This document shows, in pieces, positions 46,615 through 57,460 of a DNA stretch of 64,000 bases; the first letter of the stretch is position 1, and each line of letters begins with the position of its first letter. Under the pieces are notes generated by a model, which saw only the letters and a program-made list of their open reading frames with translations, had not been told where the DNA came from and ran no database searches. The translations under genes and the position numbers were made by a program. This stretch comes from an uncultured Gemmatimonadales bacterium (lineage in GTDB: Bacteria; Gemmatimonadota; Gemmatimonadetes; Gemmatimonadales; GWC2-71-9): the NCBI GenBank assembly GCA_963815325.1, contig CAWFGG010000001.1:304130-368129 (forward strand). The letters are read 5' to 3'.

Positions 46615-47411
46615 GGACGATCCTGGCGTTCCTGCGGGCCAATTGGCTCACCGCGACGAGCTACCGGATCGACCTCGTCATCTCGCTCATTTCGCTGGCC
46701 GCCGCCGCCGTCCCGCTCTACTTCGTGTCGGGTGCACTGCAGCCCTTGATGGCGGACTCGATCCGTACCGAAGGCGGGCAATATTTCGGGTTCGCGCTGG
46801 TGGGCATCGTGACCTACAGCTTCCTGGGTGTTGCGGTGAACAGCATCCCCACCGGCTTGGGGAAGAGCATCAGCTCGGGCACCATCGAGGCATTCCTGGT
46901 CGCGCCGGCATCCCTGCCTTCGATTCTCGCCGCGTTCGCCTCCTACGATCTGATATGGACCACCCTGCGGGCCGTGGTCTTTCTCGGCGTGGGCGCGGTT
47001 CTTGGCGCCCGCTTTGCCCCGTCGGGGCTGCCGGCAGCCCTGTTCATCCTGGCTCTAACCGTGCTGGCCTACGTGCCCATCGGCCTCATGGCGGCGGCAA
47101 TGGTCATGGCATTCCGAACGACGGGGCCGCTTCCCAAGGCGGTGTTCGCAGCCTCGGCGCTGCTCGGTGGCGTGTACTATCCCACGACCGTCATCCCGTC
47201 ATGGATCGAGCTGGTGTCGCGCATCGTGCCCCTCACCTACGGGCTCCGCGCCATCCGGCGCACCCTGCTCGAAGGATGGTCACTCGGCCAGGTGGGAGGG
47301 GACGTATTGACCCTGATCGGGATCAGCGCCGTGCTGTTCGCCGTGGCCATTCCGTTGTTCCTGAAGGCACTTGGGACGGCACGGCGCCGCGGCACGCTCG
47401 CTCACCCATGA
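46611..47411 (+). CDS. ABC-2 type transporter permease
   Basis: A six-TM profile typical of ABC-2 permeases (MRTILAFLRANWLTATSYRIDLVISLISL...). There is an ATGA overlap with the ATPase stop. Confidence 0.85.
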   Translation: MRTILAFLRANWLTATSYRIDLVISLISLAAAAVPLYFVSGALQPLMADSIRTEGGQYFGFALVGIVTYSFLGVAVNSIPTGLGKSISSGTIEAFLVAPASLPSILAAFASYDLIWTTLRAVVFLGVGAVLGARFAPSGLPAALFILALTVLAYVPIGLMAAAMVMAFRTTGPLPKAVFAASALLGGVYYPTTVIPSWIELVSRIVPLTYGLRAIRRTLLEGWSLGQVGGDVLTLIGISAVLFAVAIPLFLKALGTARRRGTLAHP

Positions 47412-47417
47412 GGGCTG

Positions 47418-49307
<1,890 letters not shown>

Positions 49308-49571
49308 TCAGCGGGGGGTCAATTCTCGTGCATCATGGTGCGGACGGGACCTGGGCCCCATCCCCCTGCAGCCTGGTCGCAACCTGTTCCGCCTCATCAT
49401 GTTATGGGACGTTGTCTCATGACGTGCTCCAGGTCCCGATCGGTAACCTGGTCGCTAACTCCCGATCCCATCTGGTCTTAGAGGGGTGACCTGGCGGGTC
49501 CCCTCTGTTCAAGTCAGGAAATTGGATGCATTATGGTGCCCTGCCACCCACTCATTCAGAGAGGTTGAACC

Positions 49572-52179
49572 ATGCGCAGCTCTCGTTGGCAAGGCCTGGT
49601 CCGCTGGCGGGCTTCCCTCGTATTCCTAGGAGTGTGCGCCGCCAGCCTGGCATTCGCGACCTCGGCCCGAGCCCAAGCTACCGGCACCGTCACGGGCTCC
49701 GTGACCCGAGCCGAGGATGGAATTGCGCTCCTCGGCGTGACGGTGTTGGTGCAGGGAACCAACCTCCAGACGTCCACCAACGCGGAAGGTCGGTACACGC
49801 TCGCACGAGTGCCAGGTGGGGCACAGGTCATTGTGTTTCGCTGGCTGGGCTACGGCGGGGTCGATCAGCCGGTCACGGTTTCGGCCAACCAGGCCGCGGT
49901 AGTGAACGCGGCGCTGACCCGGGCCCCCATCGCGCTCGGCGAACTGACGGTCGAGGCAGCCTCCCGGGCGCCGGAGCGGGTGGTCGACGCGCCGGCCGCG
50001 GTATCGGTGGTCACGCCGCAGGTACTCCGGTCGGCGTCACTCACCGGCCAAGCCGGAATCGCGCTTCAACGTCTCCCCGGTGTGGACGTAGTCCAGAGCG
50101 GGGTCAATGATTTCAACATCAATGCCCGCGGGCTCAACTCGTCGCTGAACCGACGGGTGCTGGTCCTCTTGGACGGCCGTGACCTGGCGATCGCGTTCCT
50201 TGGCGCCCAGGAGTGGAACGGGCTCCCGGTACCGCTCGAGGACCTGGATCGGGTCGAGATGGCGCGAGGCCCGGGCTCAGCACTGTATGGTGCCAACGCG
50301 TTCAGCGGCGTAGTCAACATGATCACGCCGGACGCGCGCCAAGTCTTGGGCACCAAGGTCTCATTGGGCGGTGGCGAGCTGGCCACCTTCCGGGGCGACC
50401 TCCGGCACGCCGGCATACTCGGTGAGGGCCGCGTCGGGTACCGCGTGAACGCGGGCTTCTACCAGAGCGAGAGCTTCACCCGTCGCGAACGGGCGTTGGT
50501 GACTGAGCAAGGAATACGCAGCCGCGTCGACGACCTCCGAGGCTCTCCGTCCAGCACCGTTTCCGGGGTTTGAAGTCGTCCCGCTAGATGGTCAGACGAC
50601 GGCAACTCCTTTTGGTCAACCGGTGCCGCCACCGGTGAACCGGACGATCTGCGCAACATCTACGGCTCGGCCCGCCTCGATTACTACGCCGACAACGGCT
50701 CGGTTGTCTCGGTGGATGGTGGGGCCAGCCGGGTCGAGAACGAGGTCTTCGTGACCGGCATCGGGCGAGTACAGGTCAAGAAGGGCACCAAGCCTTGGGC
50801 CCGCGTTGCCTGGGCCGCCGAGCGATTCAACATTTCGGCGTGGTACACCGGACGGAACACCAACGAGGATCAGGTGTCGCTCGCGAGCGGCGCCGCGCTC
50901 TTGGAAACCTCGGCGATCTTCCACTGTCGAGGGCCAGACCAACCACAACTTCCTGGAGGACCGCGGCCGCGTGGTGGTTGGCGCATCGTTCCGGAACTAC
51001 AACGTCGATACTGACAGCACCCTCATGGCCCTGAGCGACGATGATCGGAGTGACAAGACCTATTCGGTCTATGGGCAAGTCGAGTTCAAACTGATTCCCG
51101 AACTCAAGGCGGTTGCGGCGCTTCGCTTTGACGACGCAGATCTGCACGACGCCCAGTACTCACCCAAGGGCGCGCTGGTGTTCAGCCCGACGCCGGATCA
51201 TTCCATCCGGGTCACCTACAATCAGGCGTTTCAGGTTCCCAACTATTCCGAGTTCTTCCTGCGCGCCGCCGCAGGGGCTCCGGCCAACTTCTCGCAGCTC
51301 GAGAGCGGGCCTCCGCGGCCTCGCCACATTGGGGCCGCGGCTCTAACCGGCGTCCCGGTGGGTCAGCTCTACGTCCGATCGTCCCCGGTGCAGGAATGGC
51401 TCAGCGACTGTGCCGGTCCTGGCGCCTCGGCAATGCCGGCCTCGAAGTGGAGAAGGTCAAGGGCTGGGAGATCGGATATAAGGGCAACATCACCGATCGC
51501 GCCTACGTAACGGTCGATCTCTTTCAGAGCAAGATCGAGAACTTCGTGACCGATCTCCTGCGCTGGCGTCGAGAACCCGACATATCGACCGCTCCTGGAC
51601 AGCACCTGCAGCGCTCCGGACAGCATCCGGCGCGGCGGCCGATGCGCGACAGTCGCGTCGCCGCCGGAAGGTCCCGGCGACCCTGAGGCTACCCAGCTAC
51701 CGGACGATGCGAGCGGCAATTGTCAGTTTCGTACACCAACGCGGTGACGGTGAAGCAGCGCGGCGTCGAGCTCGGCTTCGGCATTCAACTCATCGACGAA
51801 GTCCGCTTCGACGGGTCGTACACCTTCTTCGACACGAATTTCTTCCAGGACAACATCAAGGGCCTGGCGGCGGGAGACGTGCTGCAACCCAACACGCCCA
51901 AGCACAAGGCCAACTTGTCGCTCGCCTATAGCGGGCTCCAGGGCATCGACGCCGAGGTGGCCCTCCGGATGATCGATGGGTACGACGTGGGCCGCCGGCA
52001 TCTTCCAGGGCTATGTGCCGTCGAGTGAGACGGTCAACCTGAGCGCCGGCTACCGGATCAGTAACCACTTCCGAGTCCAGGCCGCCGTCACCAACCTGTT
52101 CGATCAGGAGCGCTACCACCTCTATGGTGGCTCGGTTATCGGCCGGCGCATTCTCGGTGGGGTGACAACCTACTTCTAA
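49572..52179 (+). pseudogene. TonB-dependent receptor (carboxypeptidase-regulatory-like N-domain, plug and barrel) with at least seven frame disruptions
   Basis: ORF 49572..50573 gives the signal peptide, the CarbopepD_reg-like domain (GTVTGSVTRAEDGIALLGVTVLVQGTNLQTSTNAEGRYTLARVP) and the plug (LPGVDVVQSG...VLVLLDGRD...ARGPGSALYGANAFSGVVNMIT). Barrel segments continue in alternating frames (ORFs 50712..51014, 50806..51510, 51396..51686, 51720..52028, 51976..52179). The sequence ends in the canonical ...GRRILGGVTTYF. Confidence 0.85.
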
Positions 52180-52289
52180 TCGCCGCGTGACCACGCTGGG
52201 GCACCGTGCCCGATTCCGGCCGCGCCGGGATCGGGCACGGTGTCGTTGGTGGGATAGCGTCTGAGCCAGCGGGCCGGCAGATTCGTTTC

Positions 52290-53150
52290 ATGGTGCCTGC
52301 TCTCCTCCGCACGTTGGCCTTCGCGGCCGCGATCTACGTCGTGCTGGCCGCGGTCCTCTGGTTGTCTCAGGCCCGGATGATCTTCTTCGCACCCCGAGGA
52401 GCCGTACCCGATCCGCGCACGTTCGGGCTCATCGGCGAGCGGGTGGCGGTCGAGACGGCCGATGGGCTCACGCTCTACGGTTGGTACTTGCCGGCGGAGC
52501 GGGAAGGCGGCTCGGTTGCGCCGGCCCTCATCTGGTTTTACGGCAACGCCGAAAACGTGGCGCTGCTGGCACCCCTCCTCGGCTCGCTCCGCCCACCCGG
52601 CTATGCCCTCCTGGTCCTGGACTATCGTGGCTACGGCCAGAACCCGGGCAAGCCGAGTGAGGCGGGGCTCTACCAGGACGCGGATGCCGCGTGGGCGTGG
52701 CTCGATGGCAGACCGGACATCGATCTCGGGCGCGTAGCCGTCTACGGGCGATCACTGGGAAGCGTGCCGGCGCTCTACCTTGCCACCACCAAGCCGGTGG
52801 CGGCCGTGATTCTCGACTCGCCGTTTACCACGGCCCGAGCCATGGCCCGGGTCCACTACCGGCTGTTCCCGTCGTTTCTGGTCCGCTACACAATGGACAA
52901 CCTGGCGCGATCGGGGCGGCTCAGCGCGCCGTTGTTCATCATCCACGGGACCCACGACCAGATCGCACCCATCCGCATGGGACGAGCCCTGGCCAGGTCG
53001 GGACGGGCCCACGTGCTGCACGAGGTCCAAGGGGCAGGGCACAACGACGTCTACCAAATGATTCGACCACCCTACGCCCAAGTGATTCGGCAGTTTCTCG
53101 CTACCGTCCGGGACGCAGGGGCGACCGGGCCGCCGCGCGGCACGCCGTGA
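52290..53150 (+). CDS. Alpha/beta hydrolase (BEM46/S33-like), membrane-anchored
   Basis: N-terminal TM helix (MVPALLRTLAFAAAIYVVLAAVLWL), nucleophile elbow GRSLGS, then HGTHDQIAP and GAGHND. Confidence 0.8.
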   Translation: MVPALLRTLAFAAAIYVVLAAVLWLSQARMIFFAPRGAVPDPRTFGLIGERVAVETADGLTLYGWYLPAEREGGSVAPALIWFYGNAENVALLAPLLGSLRPPGYALLVLDYRGYGQNPGKPSEAGLYQDADAAWAWLDGRPDIDLGRVAVYGRSLGSVPALYLATTKPVAAVILDSPFTTARAMARVHYRLFPSFLVRYTMDNLARSGRLSAPLFIIHGTHDQIAPIRMGRALARSGRAHVLHEVQGAGHNDVYQMIRPPYAQVIRQFLATVRDAGATGPPRGTP

Positions 53151-53959
53151 CGACGAGCCCCCTGCTCCAGATTGGCCGCCGCCTCGTCATCGCGCATCGG
53201 GGGGCGTCGGCGTACGCCCCCGAGAACACCATGCCCGCGTTTCAACTCGCGGTGGAGCAGGGAGCGGACGCAATCGAATTAGACGTCAGGGTGACCCGCG
53301 ATGGCGTCCCGGTGGTGCTCCACGACACCACCACGGCTCGCACGACCGACGTCGCCGGTGACTTGGCAGACACCACCGCGGATCGGCTGCGAGCTGCTGA
53401 TGCCGGTGCCCGATTCTCGCCTGATGGCGGTCAGACGTTTCCTTGGCAGGACCGCGGGGTTCGGATCCCGACGCTCGCGGAGGTCCTCCAAACCATTCCG
53501 GACCTTCCCCTCCTCGTCGAAATCAAAGAGCCACGGGGCCAAGGAGAGGTCCGGCAGGTCCTCGAGACGCACTCGGCACAGCACCGTGTGGTCGTGGCCT
53601 CAGCCGACTGGCGCGCGCTGGCCGCGTTCCGGGACAGTGGCTTCAGCCTTGGCGCCAGTCGGCGCGAGATCGTGAGGCTGTATGCGGGCGCGTGGGCTGG
53701 ATGGGCTCCGCGCACCGTGGCCTACCGAGTGCTCTCGGTCCCCCAGTCTTTCCACGGTCTTCCCGTCCCGACGCCGCGATTCGTGGCGGCGGCCCATCGG
53801 CGCGGATGCCCGGTCCATGTGTGGACTGTGGACGATCCGGCCGCCGTCCGGCGATTGTGGGGCGATGGAGTTTCAGGTATCGTGACCAATGTTCCGGATG
53901 TGATGCGCCAGGTCCGGGATACGCTGCCGCTCAACTCCGACGACGCTGCAACTCCCTGA
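53147..53959 (+). CDS. Glycerophosphodiester phosphodiesterase family protein
   Basis: VIAHRGASAYAPENTMPAFQLAVEQGADAIELDVRVTRDGVPVVLHD is the GDPD signature. The GTG start overlaps the preceding stop (GTGA). Confidence 0.85.
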   Translation: MTTSPLLQIGRRLVIAHRGASAYAPENTMPAFQLAVEQGADAIELDVRVTRDGVPVVLHDTTTARTTDVAGDLADTTADRLRAADAGARFSPDGGQTFPWQDRGVRIPTLAEVLQTIPDLPLLVEIKEPRGQGEVRQVLETHSAQHRVVVASADWRALAAFRDSGFSLGASRREIVRLYAGAWAGWAPRTVAYRVLSVPQSFHGLPVPTPRFVAAAHRRGCPVHVWTVDDPAAVRRLWGDGVSGIVTNVPDVMRQVRDTLPLNSDDAATP

Positions 53960-53983
53960 TCCCATCCCCGTGACGGGAGGACA

Positions 53984-55057
53984 ATGGCTCGCAAAAAGGT
54001 TGGTAAGAAGGCTCGCAGGAAGGCTGGCACGAAGCCCAGGAGGCTCTTTTGGACCCGCTGGTCGGACGAGCGGCTCCTCGAGCTCAGACTCTGCGACTTG
54101 GGGCTTCGGGTCGAGGGCACCTGGATTGCCAAGCGCGTGAAAGAACTCTACCGCGAGCTTGCGTCGCGGGGCATCCGGCTGCGGCCCCACATCTGGCTGA
54201 CCGACGAGTGGTTCAGCCCGGCCGGGATTCCCGGCATTGGCGTGCCATTCTATTTAGCGCATCCAAGGCTCATGCGGCTCGAACGAACCAAGATGCTCGA
54301 AGTGGAAGGTGGCACGCGAGCGGATTGCCTCCGGATACTGCGTCACGAGACCGGACACGCGCTCCAACATGCCTATCGTCCGGAGCGCCGGCGGTCGTGG
54401 CAGGGATTGTTCGGTCTCTCCTCCACAAAGTATCCGGAGTACTACCGGCCGAATCCAGCCAGCAAGCGCTACGTGCAAAACCTCCGGCTTTGGTACGCAC
54501 AGAGCCACCCGGACGAGGACTTCGCGGAGACCTTTGCGGTGTGGCTCAAGCCCCGCTCCGATTGGCGCAAGCGCTACGCGAGCTGGCCGGCCATCAAGAA
54601 GCTCGAGTACGTCGATCGGTTGATGGCCGAGATTGGGCCAACCGTACCGCCGGTGCGGACGCGGGCACAAATGGACCCGATCTCGGCGCTCCGCATTACC
54701 CTTGGCGATTTCTATGCGGCTCGCCGCGAACGCTACCGCATGGACATCCCCAATACCTACGATCGCGATTTGCTTCGTCTCTTCTCGAATGACCCCCGGC
54801 ATCGCCGTCATCGGGCGGCCTCCACGTTTCTCCGACAGCATCGTGCCGAGATCCGAGCCCGAATCGCCAAGTGGTCCGGCGAGTATCAGGCCACCCTCGA
54901 CGCGGTATTGGCCGACATGATTGCCCGCTGCCGGGAACTCCGACTCCGTGTGGTGGGGTCCGAGCGGCAGCTGGTGATCGACTTCACCGTCATGCTGACG
55001 GTGAACGTCATGCAGGTGCTGTACGGCCGTGGCCGGCGGGATTGGATCGCGCTATGA
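53984..55057 (+). CDS. Putative zinc-binding metallopeptidase-like protein (HExxH; DUF2248-like)
   Basis: Basic N-terminus (MARKKVGKKARRKAGTKPRR), then LRILRHETGHALQHAY (HExxH) and HPDEDFAETFAVWL. No signal peptide. Confidence 0.6.
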   Translation: MARKKVGKKARRKAGTKPRRLFWTRWSDERLLELRLCDLGLRVEGTWIAKRVKELYRELASRGIRLRPHIWLTDEWFSPAGIPGIGVPFYLAHPRLMRLERTKMLEVEGGTRADCLRILRHETGHALQHAYRPERRRSWQGLFGLSSTKYPEYYRPNPASKRYVQNLRLWYAQSHPDEDFAETFAVWLKPRSDWRKRYASWPAIKKLEYVDRLMAEIGPTVPPVRTRAQMDPISALRITLGDFYAARRERYRMDIPNTYDRDLLRLFSNDPRHRRHRAASTFLRQHRAEIRARIAKWSGEYQATLDAVLADMIARCRELRLRVVGSERQLVIDFTVMLTVNVMQVLYGRGRRDWIAL

Positions 55058-56067
55058 AGAAACATCGCATCCTCGTCCTCATGCACCCGGAGATGGTGCC
55101 GCCCGAAACCTTGCGTGGGTTCACCCAGGATGAGATCAATCTGTGGAAGACGGAATACGACGTGGTCACCACGCTCAAGGAGCTGGGCCACGAGGTCGTG
55201 CCGGTCGGCGTCCAGGACGAACTGCTCCCGGTCGGGAAGGCGGTGGGCGACTTGGAGCCCCATGTCGTGTTCAACTTACTGGAGGAATTCCACGGGAAGG
55301 CTACCTACGACCAACACGTGGTCAGTTACCTCGAATTGCTTCGCGTGCCGTATACCGGCTGCAACCCGCGTGGGTTGGTGCTGGCCCGAGGAAAGGCCCT
55401 GAGCAAGAAACTCTTGGCATACCACCGGATTCGCGTTCCCGCCTTTGCCGTGTATCCCATCGGCCGCAAGGTGCGCCGCTCCACGCGCCTCGGCTTCCCG
55501 CTCATCGTCAAGAGCCTGATCGAACACGCCTCCCGCGGCATTGCGCGGGCGTCGGTGGTCGACTCCGAGGAGAAGCTGGCCGACCGTGTGGCCTTTGTGC
55601 ACGAGCACATCGGCACCGACGCTATTGCGGAACAGTACATCGAGGGACGGGAGCTGTACGTGGGCGTGCTCGGAAACGAACGGCTGCAAGTCCTTCCGAC
55701 CTGGGAGCTCACCTTCGAAGGCATTCCCGACGACGCTCCCCGCATCGCCACGGCCAAGGTGAAGCACGACCCTGCATACCAGGCGCGACGCGGCATCTTC
55801 CAGGGGCCGGCCGAGAGCATCCCGGCGGCGCTCGAGATGCACATCACACGAACCTGTAAGCGGATCTACCGCATTCTCGAACTCTCGGGCTACGCCCGAA
55901 TCGACTTCCGTCTCACGGAGGCGGGCGAACTGTATTTCCTCGAAGCCAACCCCAACCCCGAGATCGCCCAGAGCGAGGAGTTCGCCTCCGCGGCCGACTA
56001 TGCCGGGATCAAGTACCCCGAGCTCTTACAGAAGATCGTCAATCTCGGTATGCGACGAAGACACTGA
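55054..56067 (+). CDS. ATP-grasp ligase, D-alanine--D-alanine ligase-like family
   Basis: KHRILVLMHPEMVPP...GCNPRGLVLARGKALSKKLLAYHRIRVP...PLIVKSLIEHASRGI...AIAEQYIEGRELYVGVLGN...YARIDFRLTEAGELYFLEANPNP is ATP-grasp architecture. There is an ATGA overlap with the upstream gene. Confidence 0.8.
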   Translation: MKKHRILVLMHPEMVPPETLRGFTQDEINLWKTEYDVVTTLKELGHEVVPVGVQDELLPVGKAVGDLEPHVVFNLLEEFHGKATYDQHVVSYLELLRVPYTGCNPRGLVLARGKALSKKLLAYHRIRVPAFAVYPIGRKVRRSTRLGFPLIVKSLIEHASRGIARASVVDSEEKLADRVAFVHEHIGTDAIAEQYIEGRELYVGVLGNERLQVLPTWELTFEGIPDDAPRIATAKVKHDPAYQARRGIFQGPAESIPAALEMHITRTCKRIYRILELSGYARIDFRLTEAGELYFLEANPNPEIAQSEEFASAADYAGIKYPELLQKIVNLGMRRRH

Positions 56068-56116
56068 CCACTCCATTCATCCGCGACCGTCGGTAGACCG
56101 GTCGCTGGGAGGCCGT

Positions 56117-57406
56117 ATGCAGACCCGCCGATCGTTTGTCGCCGCTCTGGCCGGAGCGGCTGCGACCCTCCCGCCATTCCGCGCCGACGCGATCATGCAA
56201 CTCTGGCGTGCCCACGACGTAGCCGGAACTCGTTCGCCCGAGGAGGTGGCCGAGGACGAGTCCTACTGGAGTCACATCCAGCGGGCGTTCGACACCGATC
56301 GGACCATCATCAACCTCAACAACGGCGGGGTCTGCCCAACCCCAACCCACGTGCTGGAGGCCATGATCCGGGATCTGCGCTTTACCAACGAAATCCCGGC
56401 CTATCACATGTGGCGGCTCCTCGAGCCCAGAATCGAATCGGTGCGACGAGAGCTGGCCATCGAATTCGGCTGCGACCCCGAAGAAATGGCCATTACGCGA
56501 AATGCGTCCGAGGCGATGGAGACCATGATCTTCGGCCTCGATCTCAAGCGCGGCGATGAGGTGCTCGTCACCAACCAGAACTACGGACGGATGCTGACCT
56601 CGTGGAACCAACGCGAACGCCGTGACGGCGTCGTGCTGAAACAGGTCTCCTTCCGCGTTCCGCCACCCTCGCCTGACTACCTCGTGGACCAGTTCCGTCG
56701 CGCCATCACTCCGCGCACTCGCGTCATCGAGGTCACCCACATCACCAACCTGACCGGTCAGATCCTGCCGGTCCGCGAACTCGTTGAGCTGGCCCGCCCA
56801 CATGGCATCGAGGTGTTTGTCGATGGAGCGCACGCGTTCGCCCATTTTCCCTTTACCCGTGACGACCTGGCGTGCGACTACTACGGAACCAGCCTCCACA
56901 AGTGGCTGCTCGCGCCCATCGGAACTGGATTTCTCTACGTCCGGAAGGAGAAGCAACGAGGGCTCTGGCCCCTGATGGCGGCCTCCGAGGCCCAAGACAA
57001 TGACATTCGCAAATATGAGGAAATCGGAACACACCCGGCCGCGAACCACAATGCCATCGCCGCCGCGCTGGCGTTCCATCGGGGCATCGGGGCCGATCGC
57101 AAGATCGCGCGCCTTCGGTATCTTCGGAACCGGTGGGCCAAGCACTTGCTCGCGTCGAGCGACCGCGTTCGAGTGCATACGCCACTGGACACCAACGACG
57201 CGGGCGCCATCGCGTTGGTCCAGGTCGACGGGCTGGATTCAGGCCAGTTGTCCGAGTGGCTCCTCGGGCGGCACCGCATCTTCACGGTCGCGATCAAACA
57301 CCCTGAGTTCGAGGGCGTCCGGGTGACACCCAACGTGTACACCACCTTGGACGAGGTGGATCGCTTCGCCGAGATGACGCTCCATGCCATAGCCCGCGGC
57401 ATCTGA
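56117..57406 (+). CDS. Class V aminotransferase-fold PLP enzyme (isopenicillin-N-epimerase/cysteine-desulfurase-like) with a Tat signal
   Basis: MQTRRSFVAALAGAAATLPPF is a twin-arginine motif (T-R-R-x-F-V). The body has FVDGAHAFAH and the SLHKWLLAPIGTG PLP-lysine context. GGGAGG Shine-Dalgarno upstream. Confidence 0.75.
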   Translation: MQTRRSFVAALAGAAATLPPFRADAIMQLWRAHDVAGTRSPEEVAEDESYWSHIQRAFDTDRTIINLNNGGVCPTPTHVLEAMIRDLRFTNEIPAYHMWRLLEPRIESVRRELAIEFGCDPEEMAITRNASEAMETMIFGLDLKRGDEVLVTNQNYGRMLTSWNQRERRDGVVLKQVSFRVPPPSPDYLVDQFRRAITPRTRVIEVTHITNLTGQILPVRELVELARPHGIEVFVDGAHAFAHFPFTRDDLACDYYGTSLHKWLLAPIGTGFLYVRKEKQRGLWPLMAASEAQDNDIRKYEEIGTHPAANHNAIAAALAFHRGIGADRKIARLRYLRNRWAKHLLASSDRVRVHTPLDTNDAGAIALVQVDGLDSGQLSEWLLGRHRIFTVAIKHPEFEGVRVTPNVYTTLDEVDRFAEMTLHAIARGI

Positions 57407-57460
57407 GTGCTGCCGGGACACGGCCTTGTCAGGGTTCCGTGCCGCCACAACCTTTCGGGC

